A stretch of 64,000 nucleotides of DNA from Eledone cirrhosa (GCA_964016885.1 OZ024753.1:46562001-46626000), one strand, 5' to 3'; positions 27,816 to 41,950 are shown, numbered from the stretch's first letter. Translations and numbers: made by a program. The notes: generated by a model from the sequence alone, not told the origin.

Positions 27816-27884
27816 AGTAGTAATAGTATTTTTTTTTATAAAAACATTGTTGTTTTTATTGTCAAAAGGAATCCTTTTGTCTGT

Positions 27885-28715
27885 AGTGTGGTGTTGTGTT
27901 GTGTGGTGTGGTGTTGTGTGGTGTGGTGCTGTGTAGTGTTGTGTGGTGTGGTGTTGTGTTGTGTGGTGTTGTGTGGTGTGATGTTGTGTTGTGTGGTGCT
28001 GTGTATTGTTGTGTTGTGTGGTGCTGTGTATTGTTGTGTTGTGTGGTGTAGTGTTGTGTTGTGTGGTGTTGTGTGGTGTGGTGCTGTGTAGTGTTGTGTG
28101 GTGTGGTGTTGTGTTGTGTGGTGTTGTGTGGTGTGATGTTGTGTTGTGTGGTGCTGTGTATTGTTGTGTTGTGTGGTGCTGTGTAGTGTTGTGTGGTGTG
28201 GTGTTGTGTTGTGTGGTGTTGTGTGGTGTGATGTTGTGTTGTGTGGTGCTGTGTATTGTTGTGTTGTGTGGTGCTGTGTATTGTTGTGTTGTGTGGTGTA
28301 GTGTTGTGTGGTGTGGTGTTGTGTTGTGTGGTGTTGTGTGGTGTTGTGTGGTGTGGTGCTGTGTATTGTTGTGTTGTGTGGTGCTGTGTATTGTTGTGTT
28401 GTGTGGTGTAGTGTTGTGTGGTGTGGTGTTGTGTGGTGTGGTGTGGTGTGGTGTTGTGTGGTGTGATGTTGTGTTGTGTGGTGCTGTGTATTGTTGTGTT
28501 GTGTGGTGCTGTGTAGTGTTGTGTGGTGTAGTGTTGTGTGGTGTGGTGTTGTGTTGTGTGATGTTGTGTGGTGTTGTGTGGTGTGGTGCTGTGTATTGTT
28601 GTGTTGTGTGGTGCTGTGTAGTGTTGTGTGGTGTAGTGTTGTGTGGTGTGGTGTTGTGTGGTGTGGTGTTGTGTGGTGTTGTGTGGTGTGGTGCTGTGTA
28701 TTGTTGTGTGATGTT
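27885..28715. repeat. Pentamer satellite (GTGTG/TTGTG variants)
   Basis: About 830 bp with 5-nt periodicity; source of the HHTTQ/VVLCG ORFs. Confidence 0.95.
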
Positions 28716-29603
28716 GTCTTTAATGTCTTGGCCTTGCAAGAAATATAGGAATTGCACTTTTTGGACACAAACACTTTATAGAAGTCTACCCCTTCCTTTT
28801 ATTTCAAAGATATTTTCTTCCCATCCCCTCTGTTTCCGATCCCCACCCCAACACAACCATGTCCCCCACCCTATCTGTGTGTCTATTTATCAATGTGTCC
28901 ACCATCACCAATACCCACCACTACCACCACCCTGTTTTCATTACCATAACCACCACCGCTACCACCAATACCATCACCACTGCCACCCTGTTTTCATTAT
29001 CATCACCATCACAATCACCACCACTACCTCCATCACCACCACCACCATCAATACACCACCGCCACTACATCACCACCACAACCACCACCGCCACCACCAC
29101 CAATACACCACCACAACCACCACCACCACCACCACCACTACATCACCACCACCACCACTAATACACCACCACCACCACTACTACACCATCACCACCACCA
29201 CCACATCACCACCACCAATACACCACCACCACCACCACCACCTTCTTATATTTGCTGTAAACAGAAGAGAAAATAATGTGTGAAAACTCGTGAAAAATAA
29301 TAATTTAAGAAGATGAAACCTTGAAAAAGAGAAAAAGTGAAAAGAAGCAACATTAGACTTTAAAATGAGACATTAAAGAGAATATATTAACAGATAAAAA
29401 GAAGATATGTCATAAAACTACACTGATGCCATCATTAGCAGCATCATCATCACCAGCATCGTTATAATTATCATTATCATCAGCATCATCATCATTATAA
29501 TTATCATTATCATCACCATCATCATCATCATCATCATCATCATCACTATAATTATCATTATCATCACCATCAGCATCATCAGCATCATCATTTTCGAAAT
29601 CAC

Positions 29604-29643
<40 letters not shown>

Positions 29644-29760
29644 GTGTCTGTTGGGTGGGGGAGTATATTTTATGCATACATACTTGTATGCAAATATATG
29701 AGTTTGTGTGTGGTGTGTGTTTATGTGTTTTATATAGTGTGAATATATGGTGTAGTGTAG

Positions 29761-29794
<34 letters not shown>

Positions 29795-30137
29795 GCACAT
29801 ATATATATAAATAGACGCATATATATATATAGTCGCACACATATATATATATATATACACATGTATAAATATTATACACACAAGTTTATTAACATTTAAC
29901 AATGTAGCTGTAGAGTCCATTTACTAGCTTAATGTTTAGCAATTAACATTAATATTATCATCATGTATACACACATATACACACATATACACACACTGAT
30001 ACAGACATATATATGTATAACATACCATAAAAATGTAATGTATATATATATATATATGTAATTATATATACACTCACACATACACACACATATATATATA
30101 TATGTGTGTGTGTGTATAACATACAATAAAAATGTAA

Positions 30138-30430
30138 TCATCATCATACGTCCGCTTTTCTCTGCTTGCAAGGGTGGGATGGGAACTGATTCTGGCTTTC
30201 TACAGCTGGATGCCCTTCCTAACACCAACCTCATTTACAGTGTGGGCTGGGTGTTTTTTGCCATGGCACCTCCACGACCACTTTCATCTTATTTCTACAG
30301 CTGAGTAAACTGGAGCAATGTGAAATAAAATGTCTTGCTCAAGGAAACAACACATCACCCGGTCTGAGAATTGAACTCACAACCTTTCGGTTACAAGGCC
30401 AATGTTCTAACCACTAAGACATGTGCCTCC
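30138..30430 (-). mobile_element. SINE family A copy
   Basis: tRNA-like head at the right end and RTE-derived tail at the left end. Confidence 0.88.
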
Positions 30431-30514
30431 ATTAATGTACATATATATATATATATTATATGTATTCATTAGATATGTGATTATATACAAATATATATAT
30501 ATATGTATACTCAT

Positions 30515-30584
<70 letters not shown>

Positions 30585-30719
30585 AAGGAAGATTCAAAAC
30601 ATTTTTTCAGTGACAAGAAGAAATAATCAATAATTTCGATTAATTGATTAGTTTTCATCACCTCCTCTGGAATAATAAAAGTTTTAAAATACCTTTTATA
30701 TATATATATATATATAAAA

Positions 30720-31898
<1,179 letters not shown>

Positions 31899-31963
31899 TC
31901 ATGAATTTCTACATCTGACCTTCACAATCATCATTATTGTATATATCATTATTGTATATATAG

Positions 31964-32153
31964 AGGGCGGTGGATTGGCAGTATCGGTAGAGGGTCGGAT
32001 GCCATGCTTTCCAGCATAGTTACGTCCCTTTACAATCTGAGTTCAAATCCCGCCGAGGTTGACTTTGCCTTTCATCCTTACGGGGTCGATAAAATAAAGT
32101 ACCAGTAATGCACTGGGTAATTGCTAGCCTTGTGCCTAAAGTAGAAACAATTA
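31964..32153 (+). mobile_element. SINE family B, full-length copy
   Basis: Head tggcagtatcggtaga (A-box-like) and gagttcaaatcc (B box), conserved core, A/T-rich tail. Confidence 0.9.
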
Positions 32154-32171
32154 TTGTATATATATACATAC

Positions 32172-32215
<44 letters not shown>

Positions 32216-32528
32216 CACACACACAAATATATAGCATGCCTCTAACAACTAAACTTCAGTCAATTCCTTTTAGTGGAATACATTTTCATCTTATCAAGCA
32301 ATACATTTTTATATTTCTCTTTCTTTCTATTCTTATTTTCTTTATCCTTTCATTTCTCTATATTTTTATGTTTTTCCTCAAAGAATAAACAATTATTGAT
32401 GCCACTTCTGGGTATTTTTCTTATCTTTCGAATAGTTTGGCTTATTGACTATAACAAAGAACTGAAGGAGAAAGAAAAAATATCTCCATTTAGCCCCATA
32501 CATATATCAGTTATATATGTATGGCTGT

Positions 32529-32566
<38 letters not shown>

Positions 32567-32765
32567 GGGTGTGTAGTGTGTTTGTATTTATATGTATGTA
32601 TATATATATATATCATCATCATCATCGATATATATATATATGAATGGTTGTGTAGTGTGTTTGTATTTATATGTATGTGTGTGTATATATATATATATAT
32701 ATATAAATGGGTGTGTGGTGTGTTTGTATTTATATGTATGTGTATATATATGTATATATATATAC

Positions 32766-32797
<32 letters not shown>

Positions 32798-33082
32798 ATA
32801 TGAATGAATGGGTGTGTTGTGTGTGTATATTTGTATGTATGTGCATAAAGTGCTTGTATACCATTATATATATGTGTATATAATGTCAACTCGTATTTTC
32901 AGTTTTAGTGAGATCCAATCATGTTTTTATTGTTTTTATTTACAAACTTTCTCTTATTTATTATTTTATTTTGTTTGTTTTTTACTGCTACACTTGTTAT
33001 GTCTTGTTTTATGTCTTTTTATCATAGTTTTTTAAATATATTATTGTGATAGCTAAATATACTTGCTAAATAGTAATATGAC

Positions 33083-33128
<46 letters not shown>

Positions 33129-33182
33129 ACGTACACTTGGTACTATGGAGATCTGTAGCAGTATGGTTGATATACATACATT

Positions 33183-33362
33183 AAGGGGTGGATTGGCAGT
33201 ATCGGTAGAGGGACGGACGCCATGCTTTCCAGCATAGTTACGTCCCTTTACGATCTGAGTTCAAATCCCGCCGAGGTTGACTTTGCCTTTCATCCTCGAT
33301 AAAATAAAGTACCAGTAATGCACTGATAATTTCTGGCCTTGTGCCTAAAGTAGAAACAATTA
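33183..33362 (+). mobile_element. SINE family B copy
   Basis: Near-identical to 31964-32153 with a small deletion in the core. Confidence 0.9.
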
Positions 33363-33582
33363 GTATTATAGATAACTTTAGTAATGTTGTTGATATACCC
33401 TTGTATGGTAGTGGACATTAACTTTGTTGCTTCCCCGATGAAGGACTAATGTCCAATACATCAGTACTCAATGCATGGGGAGATGTAGAGTGGATATAGA
33501 GATGGGTAAAATCCTGACTGGTGTGCCGATCAGTTTCAGCTGGTATGTTCAGCAAGCCTTTTCCTTATTGTGTGTGTGTATG

Positions 33583-33753
<171 letters not shown>

Positions 33754-33822
33754 TATGAAGAGAGAAGAAACATTTAGATATAATTAGTAATAAAATGTAT
33801 CATACCTAAACTGCTCCTAAAT

Positions 33823-33912
33823 TCCTCGACTACGTAGTTTCGTGGCATAAACAAAAACAATATATCATAAAGATATAGAGTCCTTGCGAGGTCTGCCGAC
33901 TTATCAAGAGGA
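33823..33912 (-). ncRNA. Type-I hammerhead ribozyme with U3-A8 covariant core and a large stem II insertion
   Basis: Minus strand: UCCUC-UUGAUAA-GU(C)GGCA...UGCCAC-GAAA-CUACGUAG-UC-GAGGA. Stem I UCCUC/GAGGA, GUC cleavage triplet, palindromic stem III. Confidence 0.72.
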
Positions 33913-34066
33913 TACCTCATTTTACTAGTCTCAAGAACGCGTCTACACGACGTGAGAAAGAATCCCAAAAGGCGGAGGGGGAGATAGTCACGCGATATAA
34001 CGGTCGAGAAACAGAGCTAAGCCTCTTATAACCCCGAAGAAATATATATATATATATACATATATG

Positions 34067-34100
<34 letters not shown>

Positions 34101-34101
34101 C

Positions 34102-34211
<110 letters not shown>

Positions 34212-34217
34212 ATATAT

Positions 34218-34257
<40 letters not shown>

Positions 34258-34978
34258 GACCCTCTTCCTGCTATATCAAGCGTTAACCTAATATATCCCT
34301 TTCATATACTGTACCGATTGTGTTGTTATTTATGTTTACCTTTTAAATACGCACACATATATATATATATGTGTGTGTGTATTCACCTGTAGGTATGTGT
34401 GTGCGCGCGTTATATACGTATTTATGCGTGTATATTTATATACGTTTATATAATTATATGTATACATGCACACACACACACACATATATATATATTTTTT
34501 TAGTATTTTTTTATGTGTATTTGGTGTATACATTCGTATGTGTGTGGGTACAGGCGTTGCGTGGGTTTTTGTATGTGTGCGCATGTTTTTGTGTACGTGC
34601 TTGTATATGCATACCCATCCCGGGTGTTTTCGCGTATGCATGTGTATGTATGTATATGCATGCGTACATGTATATATTTAATTATTGTTGATTTCAATAA
34701 CCTCTGTAATTTATTTACATTATTCTTAACTCTGAAGCCGAGAATCATTCGGTTTCCTAAATAGAATTTTAGTCTACGACTTCAGTTATACCATAAACTT
34801 GGTTTTGTCTTTGTGTGTAATTGTTCTTCTGTTCCAAATAATGATGTATTATCTTCGTTTTTTTTCCCGTTCTTTGCCAGGGAACGTCTCCACGAACCAA
34901 AGTATCGTCTTCCTGTCTTCCTTTGGTTGCAACGTTTTTCGAAATATTTACTTCTGCGTTCACAGATTCATTTTTTTT

Positions 34979-35027
34979 GTTTCAGAAGATCCCGTTAAGG
35001 GTGAAAGCAGCGATTCTTAGCTTAAAC
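34979..35027 (+). ncRNA. Second copy of the CAGAAGA-core hammerhead-like fold
   Basis: Same sequence as 9977-10025 with one change in stem III. Stem I is extended by cagatt/aatctg (34963-34968 and 35031-35036). Confidence 0.5.
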
Positions 35028-35044
35028 TTTAATCTGCTATTTTA

Positions 35045-35080
<36 letters not shown>

Positions 35081-37047
35081 TAGGGATTGTAATGTCCAGT
35101 TACTGTAGGTTCACCAGAGTGAGCACTCGATGCGTAGTTTCCAGTAGTTATATTGGTGTTGTACTAAGCAGAGTGTAATACTAATAATAAAAAAGATGAG
35201 GTATTAGATCTTCATTACATTTATTGAGGTGTGACATGTGTTTCATGATTGATCAGCTCAAGGTTCGATCTGTATCAATCGGGCCCAAATCTGGAATCAA
35301 AAGCTCGTTGGACTTCGGTTATGGTAATGACAGAACAATTCCCTTACAGCCTTTTCATGTAATATATATAATAATGGTGATAGTGATGGTAGTGGTGAAG
35401 TTAGGAATGGTGGACTTGGTTTAAGTGGACAGTAGTCCTGGTGGTGATGGTAGTGGTGGTGGGGTGTTAGAGGTGGTGGTGGTCGTCGTCATCGTGGTGA
35501 TGGCAGTGATGATAGTGGTGGGCATGGACATGGTGGTGGTGGTGTTAGAGATGGTGGTGAGGGACAAGGTGCTGGTGGTCGGTGTGGCGTGTTAGAGGTA
35601 GTAGTGGTGGGGATGGACATGGTGGTGGTGGTGATGGTGCTAATGATGGAGGAGATGAAAGGAAGGGAAACTGTGTGTGTTGGTGGAGGAGGTGCTGTAA
35701 TAGTGATGGAGGGGTGGGAGGGAGAGGAATGGATAGTGAGTGGGAGGGAGAGGAATAGATTGTTGGGAGAGTAAGTAGTGAGGCAGGGGATAGAAAGTGT
35801 GTGTGGTGTTGGTAGGAGGCTGCTCTCCATCTAGAAGGAGTGGGAGGGAGAGGGGGAGTAGGAGGGAGAGGGGGAGTAGGGGATAATTGCTTTGCTTACA
35901 TAGATCTGCTTTGTTTGTCTTCATGCTAGGTTGATGACCCATGTCTGTCTGTCTGTCAGTCTTTTGTCTGTTTGACTGCTGGTCTGTTGGTCTGACTGCT
36001 TGTCTGTCTGTCTGTCTCTCGTCCCTTCTCTCTCTCTCTCTCTCCCTTTGTTATCAAACCATTACTGGATAGTAAAAGAAAAAGATAAAAACAGAAAGAA
36101 CTTATCAATTATTATGTGTATGTGTATGCATGCATTGGTGTATGCATGCATTGGTGTATGCATGCATTGGTGTATGCATGCATTGGTCTGCAGTGACCCA
36201 ACCTTTGCAAGGATTATATATATATATATATATCATCATCATCATCATCGTTTAATGTCCATTTTCTGCATATATATATATAGAAGGAGTCGATCAACTT
36301 TCATCAAATCGGATCAAGGAAACAATGTCTCCGTTGGTCTTTCCAATTGCTAATACTCTCTATCGATCACAACTCCAGGTAGAAGGAGCAATGTGAGATA
36401 AAGTGTCTTGCTCAAGGACATAATGCATCGCCTGGTCCAGGAATCGAATATATCATCATCATCATCATCATCGGTTAACTTCTATCTTCCACGCTAGCAT
36501 GGGTTTAGACGGGTGTATATATATATAGAGAGAGAAAATGAACATTAAACGATGATAATATATATATATACAGAGGAACATAAAGCAGCAATAGAACACA
36601 TGATACAGGTGCTATCAAATGCTCAGATGGTTCCTTAGATGTCTTTAACACCTACTGCTACTTTGGTGACCTAATTAGCATAATGGAGGTGAATGTTTCT
36701 CCTCTTGGCCAAGAATTACACCTTCAGCATCCCAAATTCTATTTGGTCTGTTAAATTCTCATCCAGACGGTGGCCCCATCACCATTGCTGTAGTCTAAAG
36801 TTTTATCTTAATATAAGTCTTTTAGTCTTTGACAACAAAGAGCTCAATTAACTGTTCTTTCTTCCAGCGGGGCAGCCATTTTCATATCAGCTCATTTATT
36901 CATATGTCTGAAAAAAAAGAAAAAAATGAAATGATTAAAGATCAAGAGTATATGCGACTTTATATCTCTACCAAATCTCAAATAATTTCATTGAGAAATG
37001 CACCATCTGTGACAAAAATTGCATTACATTTTGACTCAGCCTTATAT

Positions 37048-37091
37048 ATACTAGCAGAAAAACCACCCTTTGGGTGGTTTTCTGCTAGTAT
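37048..37091. repeat. Short near-perfect hairpin
   Basis: atactagcagaaaaaccaccc-ttt-gggtggttttctgctagtat. Confidence 0.9.
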
Positions 37092-37440
37092 GTGTAATGT
37101 GTATATTGATATTACACGCAAGTATATATACATGTAGATACGATACGTCAAATAAAATCGTAATTGACAATATACACAGAAATTGAAGAGAGACTGTGTT
37201 ACACTACCTTATGTAATCAGTAGCATAATCCATAATACATTAAAAAAAGATGATATATATAAACTGCATTAGGAGAAAATTAGTGACAGAAAATTAATAT
37301 GTTTATTTAAGCAATCGCCACCGGAAGTGTTGACATTTGAAAATTTTAAAGAAGTGAATCTTTAAATAAATAATAAAATATATTTAATGAACAGCCACGA
37401 AATTTGGTAAATAAATTATGTAATATTCATTCATTATTTA

Positions 37441-37560
37441 TTCTGAGTTTAAATCCCGCCGAGGTTAACTTTGCCTTTCATCCTTACGGGGTCGATAAAA
37501 TAAAGTACCAGTAATGTACTGGGTAATTGCTGGCCTTGTGCCAAACGTAGAAACAATTAT
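37441..37560 (+). mobile_element. SINE family B, 5'-truncated
   Basis: Core and tail match the other copies. Confidence 0.85.
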
Positions 37561-37730
37561 TTATTCAAAGTAATCCAACTTATTTTACTAATGGGATAAA
37601 AAATTATAAACCGTACGCAGTCCTACGCTTCTTACTTTATTATAGTTTAGATATATATATATATATGTAAAAGGTAAACAGAAATAACAACACAATCAGT
37701 ACAGTATATGGAAGGAATATACACATATAT

Positions 37731-38610
37731 GATGGGTACACAAGAGATGTAGCGGGATCTCAGGAAGCTTAATTAAGAATGTAGGCTTCACATGCAGCAG
37801 CTGTGCTGGGACAGCAAGCAGCAAACAGCCACAGGAAACAAGTACCACCAATCTCTGGGAGGGCTCTGTAGAAACAGTAGACAGCTTCTGCTACCTAGGT
37901 GACCGAATTAGCAGCGAAGGTGGGTGTTCAGAAAGTACAATAACTAGGGTAAGTACGGGATGGAAGAAGTTCAGGGAACTACTGCCACTGCTAGCTGCAA
38001 AAGGCTTCTCCCTCAAAATGAAAGGCAGACTGTATGATGCGTGTATCCGAACAGCAATGTTACATGGTAGTGAGACCTGGGCACTGAAGGTGGAAGACTT
38101 ACGTAGATTAGAAAGAAATGAAGCCTGCATGCTCCGATGGATGTGTAATATACGCGAACAACAAAGCATAAATGAATTGAGAGAGAGACTGAGCATAAGA
38201 GGAATCAATTACCTTACCCAATTACACCTCTCAAAGGCGATGACACATGGCCGTGACCTCTGGCGTCACGCAGTAATACAGAGTACCCGACCTCCCATGA
38301 GTACAAGCTGAAGCATATAGACAATATGCCCCCACACCCTCCCTCTGCAAAGTGGTTGTGGAAATGCCACGGCAAAAAAGCACCCAGCCCACACTGTAAA
38401 GTGGACATGTAGGCGCCACGGAAAAAAAGCACCCAGCACTCATTGTAAATGAGGTTGGTGTTAGGAAGGGCATCCAGTTGTAGAAATCAAGCCACAATCA
38501 GTTCCTGTATGAGCAAGGCATGGTCAGCTGACCAGACACTGCCCACAACAGGACAACCCGTCTAACCCATGCTAGCATGGAAGAACAGACGTAAAACGGT
38601 GATGATGATG
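37731..38610 (+). mobile_element. 5'-truncated RTE LINE, same family as 4036-6694, with an internal deletion
   Basis: Aligns to about 5680-6694 (WVHKRCSG, FCYLGD, MKGRLYDACIRTAMLHGSETW) but lacks the RRLRWYGH segment. Confidence 0.92.
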
Positions 38611-39527
38611 TACATATATACACACATACACACATATATCTATATGTACATATATATATATATATATATAATTATAATAAAATAACAGGAGGCTAGACTT
38701 GTGTAAATCCGAAGACGGTTGAGCTGCTTTACGTTGAGTACTCTCCATATTATTACATCAAGATTGACCATACGGAATGACCAGCTCTATCCAGTGGTGA
38801 ACCTTCAAACCTAAATATATATATATATATATTATAATAATAATAAAATGTGGAGAAACACCCTACCTATTCCTTTTCCTTAAAATGAATTACCCCCTCT
38901 CCTCTCTCTCTCTCTCCCTCCTACCCTACCACCCTGAATTACCTCCCCCTGCATATTAATTCTCTAAAAAGGGAAAACACATCCAGTCCAGATGGCCATT
39001 TGCCTCCTCCAAGAATGAACATCTTCCCTAAAAACAATGTTTGAACTGCTTGTCTTCAAAAACCATGTTTGTAAATAATATTCTTCTTTCTTTCCCATTT
39101 TCTCTTCTACATTTTGTACAAACACAAATTCCTTTTTTTTTTCTCTCCCACTCACATAATTTGAAAATGCATAAAATTCTGAAACCGGTAACTAATAATC
39201 GTTTTTTTTCTCCCTATATATATATATCATCATCATATATATATATATCATATATATATATATATCATCATATATATATATATATATCATATATATATAT
39301 CATCATCATATATATATATTATATATATAATATAAGATCAAAAGATGGTTAAAAGAGTTCCATGTATTTTATTATGCGCATTTCAAAAACAAATATCATC
39401 ATGAGATGACATTTGCGTTTTCTACATATATATGATATATGTAGAAGTTCTATTTAAATTGTTGGGATACAACAAGCAAATATTTTTATAACTGATATAA
39501 AGCACTCAACAAATTATTGGAGTAAAA

Positions 39528-39643
39528 ATACAATATATTAACAAAAGGAAACTATATTTATAAAACCTTGATGTCCTTGAAATATGTATAATGAAATAAA
39601 TATGGTTTTATAAATATAGTTTCCATTTGTTAATATATCGTAT
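39528..39643. repeat. Inverted repeat, 40-bp arms with 2 mismatches
   Basis: 39528-39567 versus 39604-39643. Confidence 0.9.
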
Positions 39644-39681
39644 ATATATGATATATATATATATATATGATGATGATATAT

Positions 39682-39724
<43 letters not shown>

Positions 39725-39779
39725 ATATATATATATATATGATATATATATATATATATGATGATGATGATATATATAT

Positions 39780-39823
<44 letters not shown>

Positions 39824-39969
39824 GAAAAGGAAGAGAGACAGTATCACATATTCAATATCTTTTTATTCCATATGTATATATATGCGTGTATATATGTGTA
39901 TGTATATGTATATATATTCTATTCCTTCATCTGGAAACAAAGTGCAATCGACCATAGCAGATGATAACA

Positions 39970-40720
39970 GTGATGGTGGTGGTACTGGTAGTGGTGGTGG
40001 TGGTGGTGGTGGTGGTAGTGGTGGTGGTGGTGGTGGTGGTGGTGGTGGTAGTGGTGGTGGTGGTGGTGGTGGTGGCTGTGGTGGTGGTAGTGGTGGTGTG
40101 GTGGTACTGGTAGTGGTGGTGGTGGTGGTGGTGGTAGTGGTGGTGGTGGTGGTGGCTGTGGTGGTGGTAGTGGTGGTAGTGGTGGTGTGGTGGTACTGGT
40201 ACTGGTAGTGGTGGTGGTGGTAGTGGTGGTGGTGGTGGTGGTGGCTGTGGTGGTGGTGGTGGTGGTAGTGGTGGTGTGGTGGTACTGGTAGTGGTGGTGG
40301 TGGTGGTGGTGGTGGAGCTGGTGGTGGTGGTGGCTGTGGTGGTAGTGGTGGTGTGGTGGTACTGGTAGTGGTAGTGGTGGTGGCTGTGGTGGTGTGGTGG
40401 TACTGGTAGTGGTGGTGGTGGCTGTGGTGGTGGAGCTGGTAGTGGTGGTGGTGGTGGCTGTGGTGGTGGTAGTGGTGGTAGTGGTGGTGTGGTGGTACTG
40501 GTAGTGGTGGTGGTGGTGGTGGTGGTGGAGCTGGTAGTGGTGGTGGTGGTGGCTGTGGTGGTGGTAGTGGTGGTAGTGGTGGTGTGGTGGTAGTGGTAGT
40601 GGTGGTGGCTGTGGTGGTGGTGGCTGTGGTGGTGGTAGTGGTGGTGGCTGTGGTGGTAGTGGTGGTGGGGTGGTGGTGGTGGTGGTGGAGGTGGTGGTGG
40701 TGGCTGTGGTGGTGGTGGTG
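39970..40720. repeat. (GGT)n-based degenerate array
   Basis: Read directly. Confidence 0.95.
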
Positions 40721-40819
40721 GCGTTGTAGTTATGTTGACAGTATTGATGATGCTGGTGGAGATGATAGTTATAAGGAAATAATGTGTGTGACTGTGAGTG
40801 AGATATCTATATGTGCGTG

Positions 40820-41278
40820 TGTGATATAATGGTGTGTGTGTGATATAATGTCTGTGTGTGTGTTATATAATGTGTGTGCGTGTGATATAATGTGTGTGCG
40901 TGATATAATGTGTGTGTATGAGATATAATGTGTGTGTGTGAGATATAATGGTGTGTGTGTGTGATATAATGTGTGTGTGTGATATAATGTGTGTGTGTGT
41001 GATATAATGTGTATGTGTGATATAATGTGTGTGTGATATAATGTGTGTGTGTGTGATATAATGTGTGTGTGTGATATAATGTGTGTGTGTGTGATATAAT
41101 GTGTGTGTGTGATATAATGTGTGTGTGTGTGATATAATGTGTATGTGTGATATAATGTGTGTGTGTGTGATATAATGTGTGTGTGTGTGATATAATGTGT
41201 ATGTGTGATATAATGTGTGTGTGTGTGATATAATGTGTGTGTGTGTGATATAATGTGTGTGTGTGATATAATGTGTGC
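40820..41278. repeat. Minisatellite gatataat(gt)n
   Basis: Tandem units with a variable GT spacer. Confidence 0.93.
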
Positions 41279-41530
41279 ATGTGAGATCCAGACTTTCCAG
41301 ATATGTCTGGAAGAGGTGGGAGGGAGAGGAATGAGTCAGTTCTGACTGCAGTAAACAGACATATAGTGTGGGGGGTAATAGACACAGTGGGGGGTGGTAT
41401 CAGGGTCAGGTTTGTAATAGACAGAGAGAGAGAGGGGGAGAGATAGTGTTGTTGTTTAGCCCCAGGTCAGCCATGATTGAGCAGATACATAATGTAAGAC
41501 ATTCCAACCATGGCAATCCTGTTTTTTTCT

Positions 41531-41950
41531 GTGGTGGTGGTGGTGGTGGCAGTGGTGGTGGTGGTGGTGGTGGTGGTGGCAGTGGTGGTGGTGGTGGTGG
41601 TGGTGGTGGTGGTGGTAGCAGTGGTGGTGGTGGTGGTAGCAGTGGTGGTGGTGGTGGTGGTGGTGACGGTGGCGGTGGTGGTGGTGGCGGTGGTGGTAGC
41701 AGTGGTGGTGGTGGTGGTGGTGGCGGTGGTGGTAGCAGTGGTGGTGGTGGTGGTGATGGTGGTGGTGGCAGTGGTGATGGTGGTGGCAGTGGCAGTGGTG
41801 GTAGCAGTGGTGGTGGTGGTGGTGGTGATGGTGGTGGCAGTGGCAGTGGTGGCAGTGGTGATGGTGGTGGCAGTGGCAGTGGTGGTAGCAGTGGTGGTGG
41901 TGGTGGTGATGGTGGTAGCAGTGGTGGTGGTGGAGGTGGTGGTGGTGGTC
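41531..41950. repeat. (GGT)n-based degenerate array
   Basis: Read directly; source of the poly-G/T/V ORFs. Confidence 0.95.

Noticed and set aside
27318-29283. 430-479-aa HHTTQ and VVLCG ORFs
   Set aside because: Translations of pentamer and trinucleotide satellites.
33433-33464. Plus-strand hammerhead-like CCGAUGA-A-GGAC-UAAU-GUCC-AAUA
   Set aside because: Both core strands deviate and stems I and III are poor; cannot be distinguished from chance.
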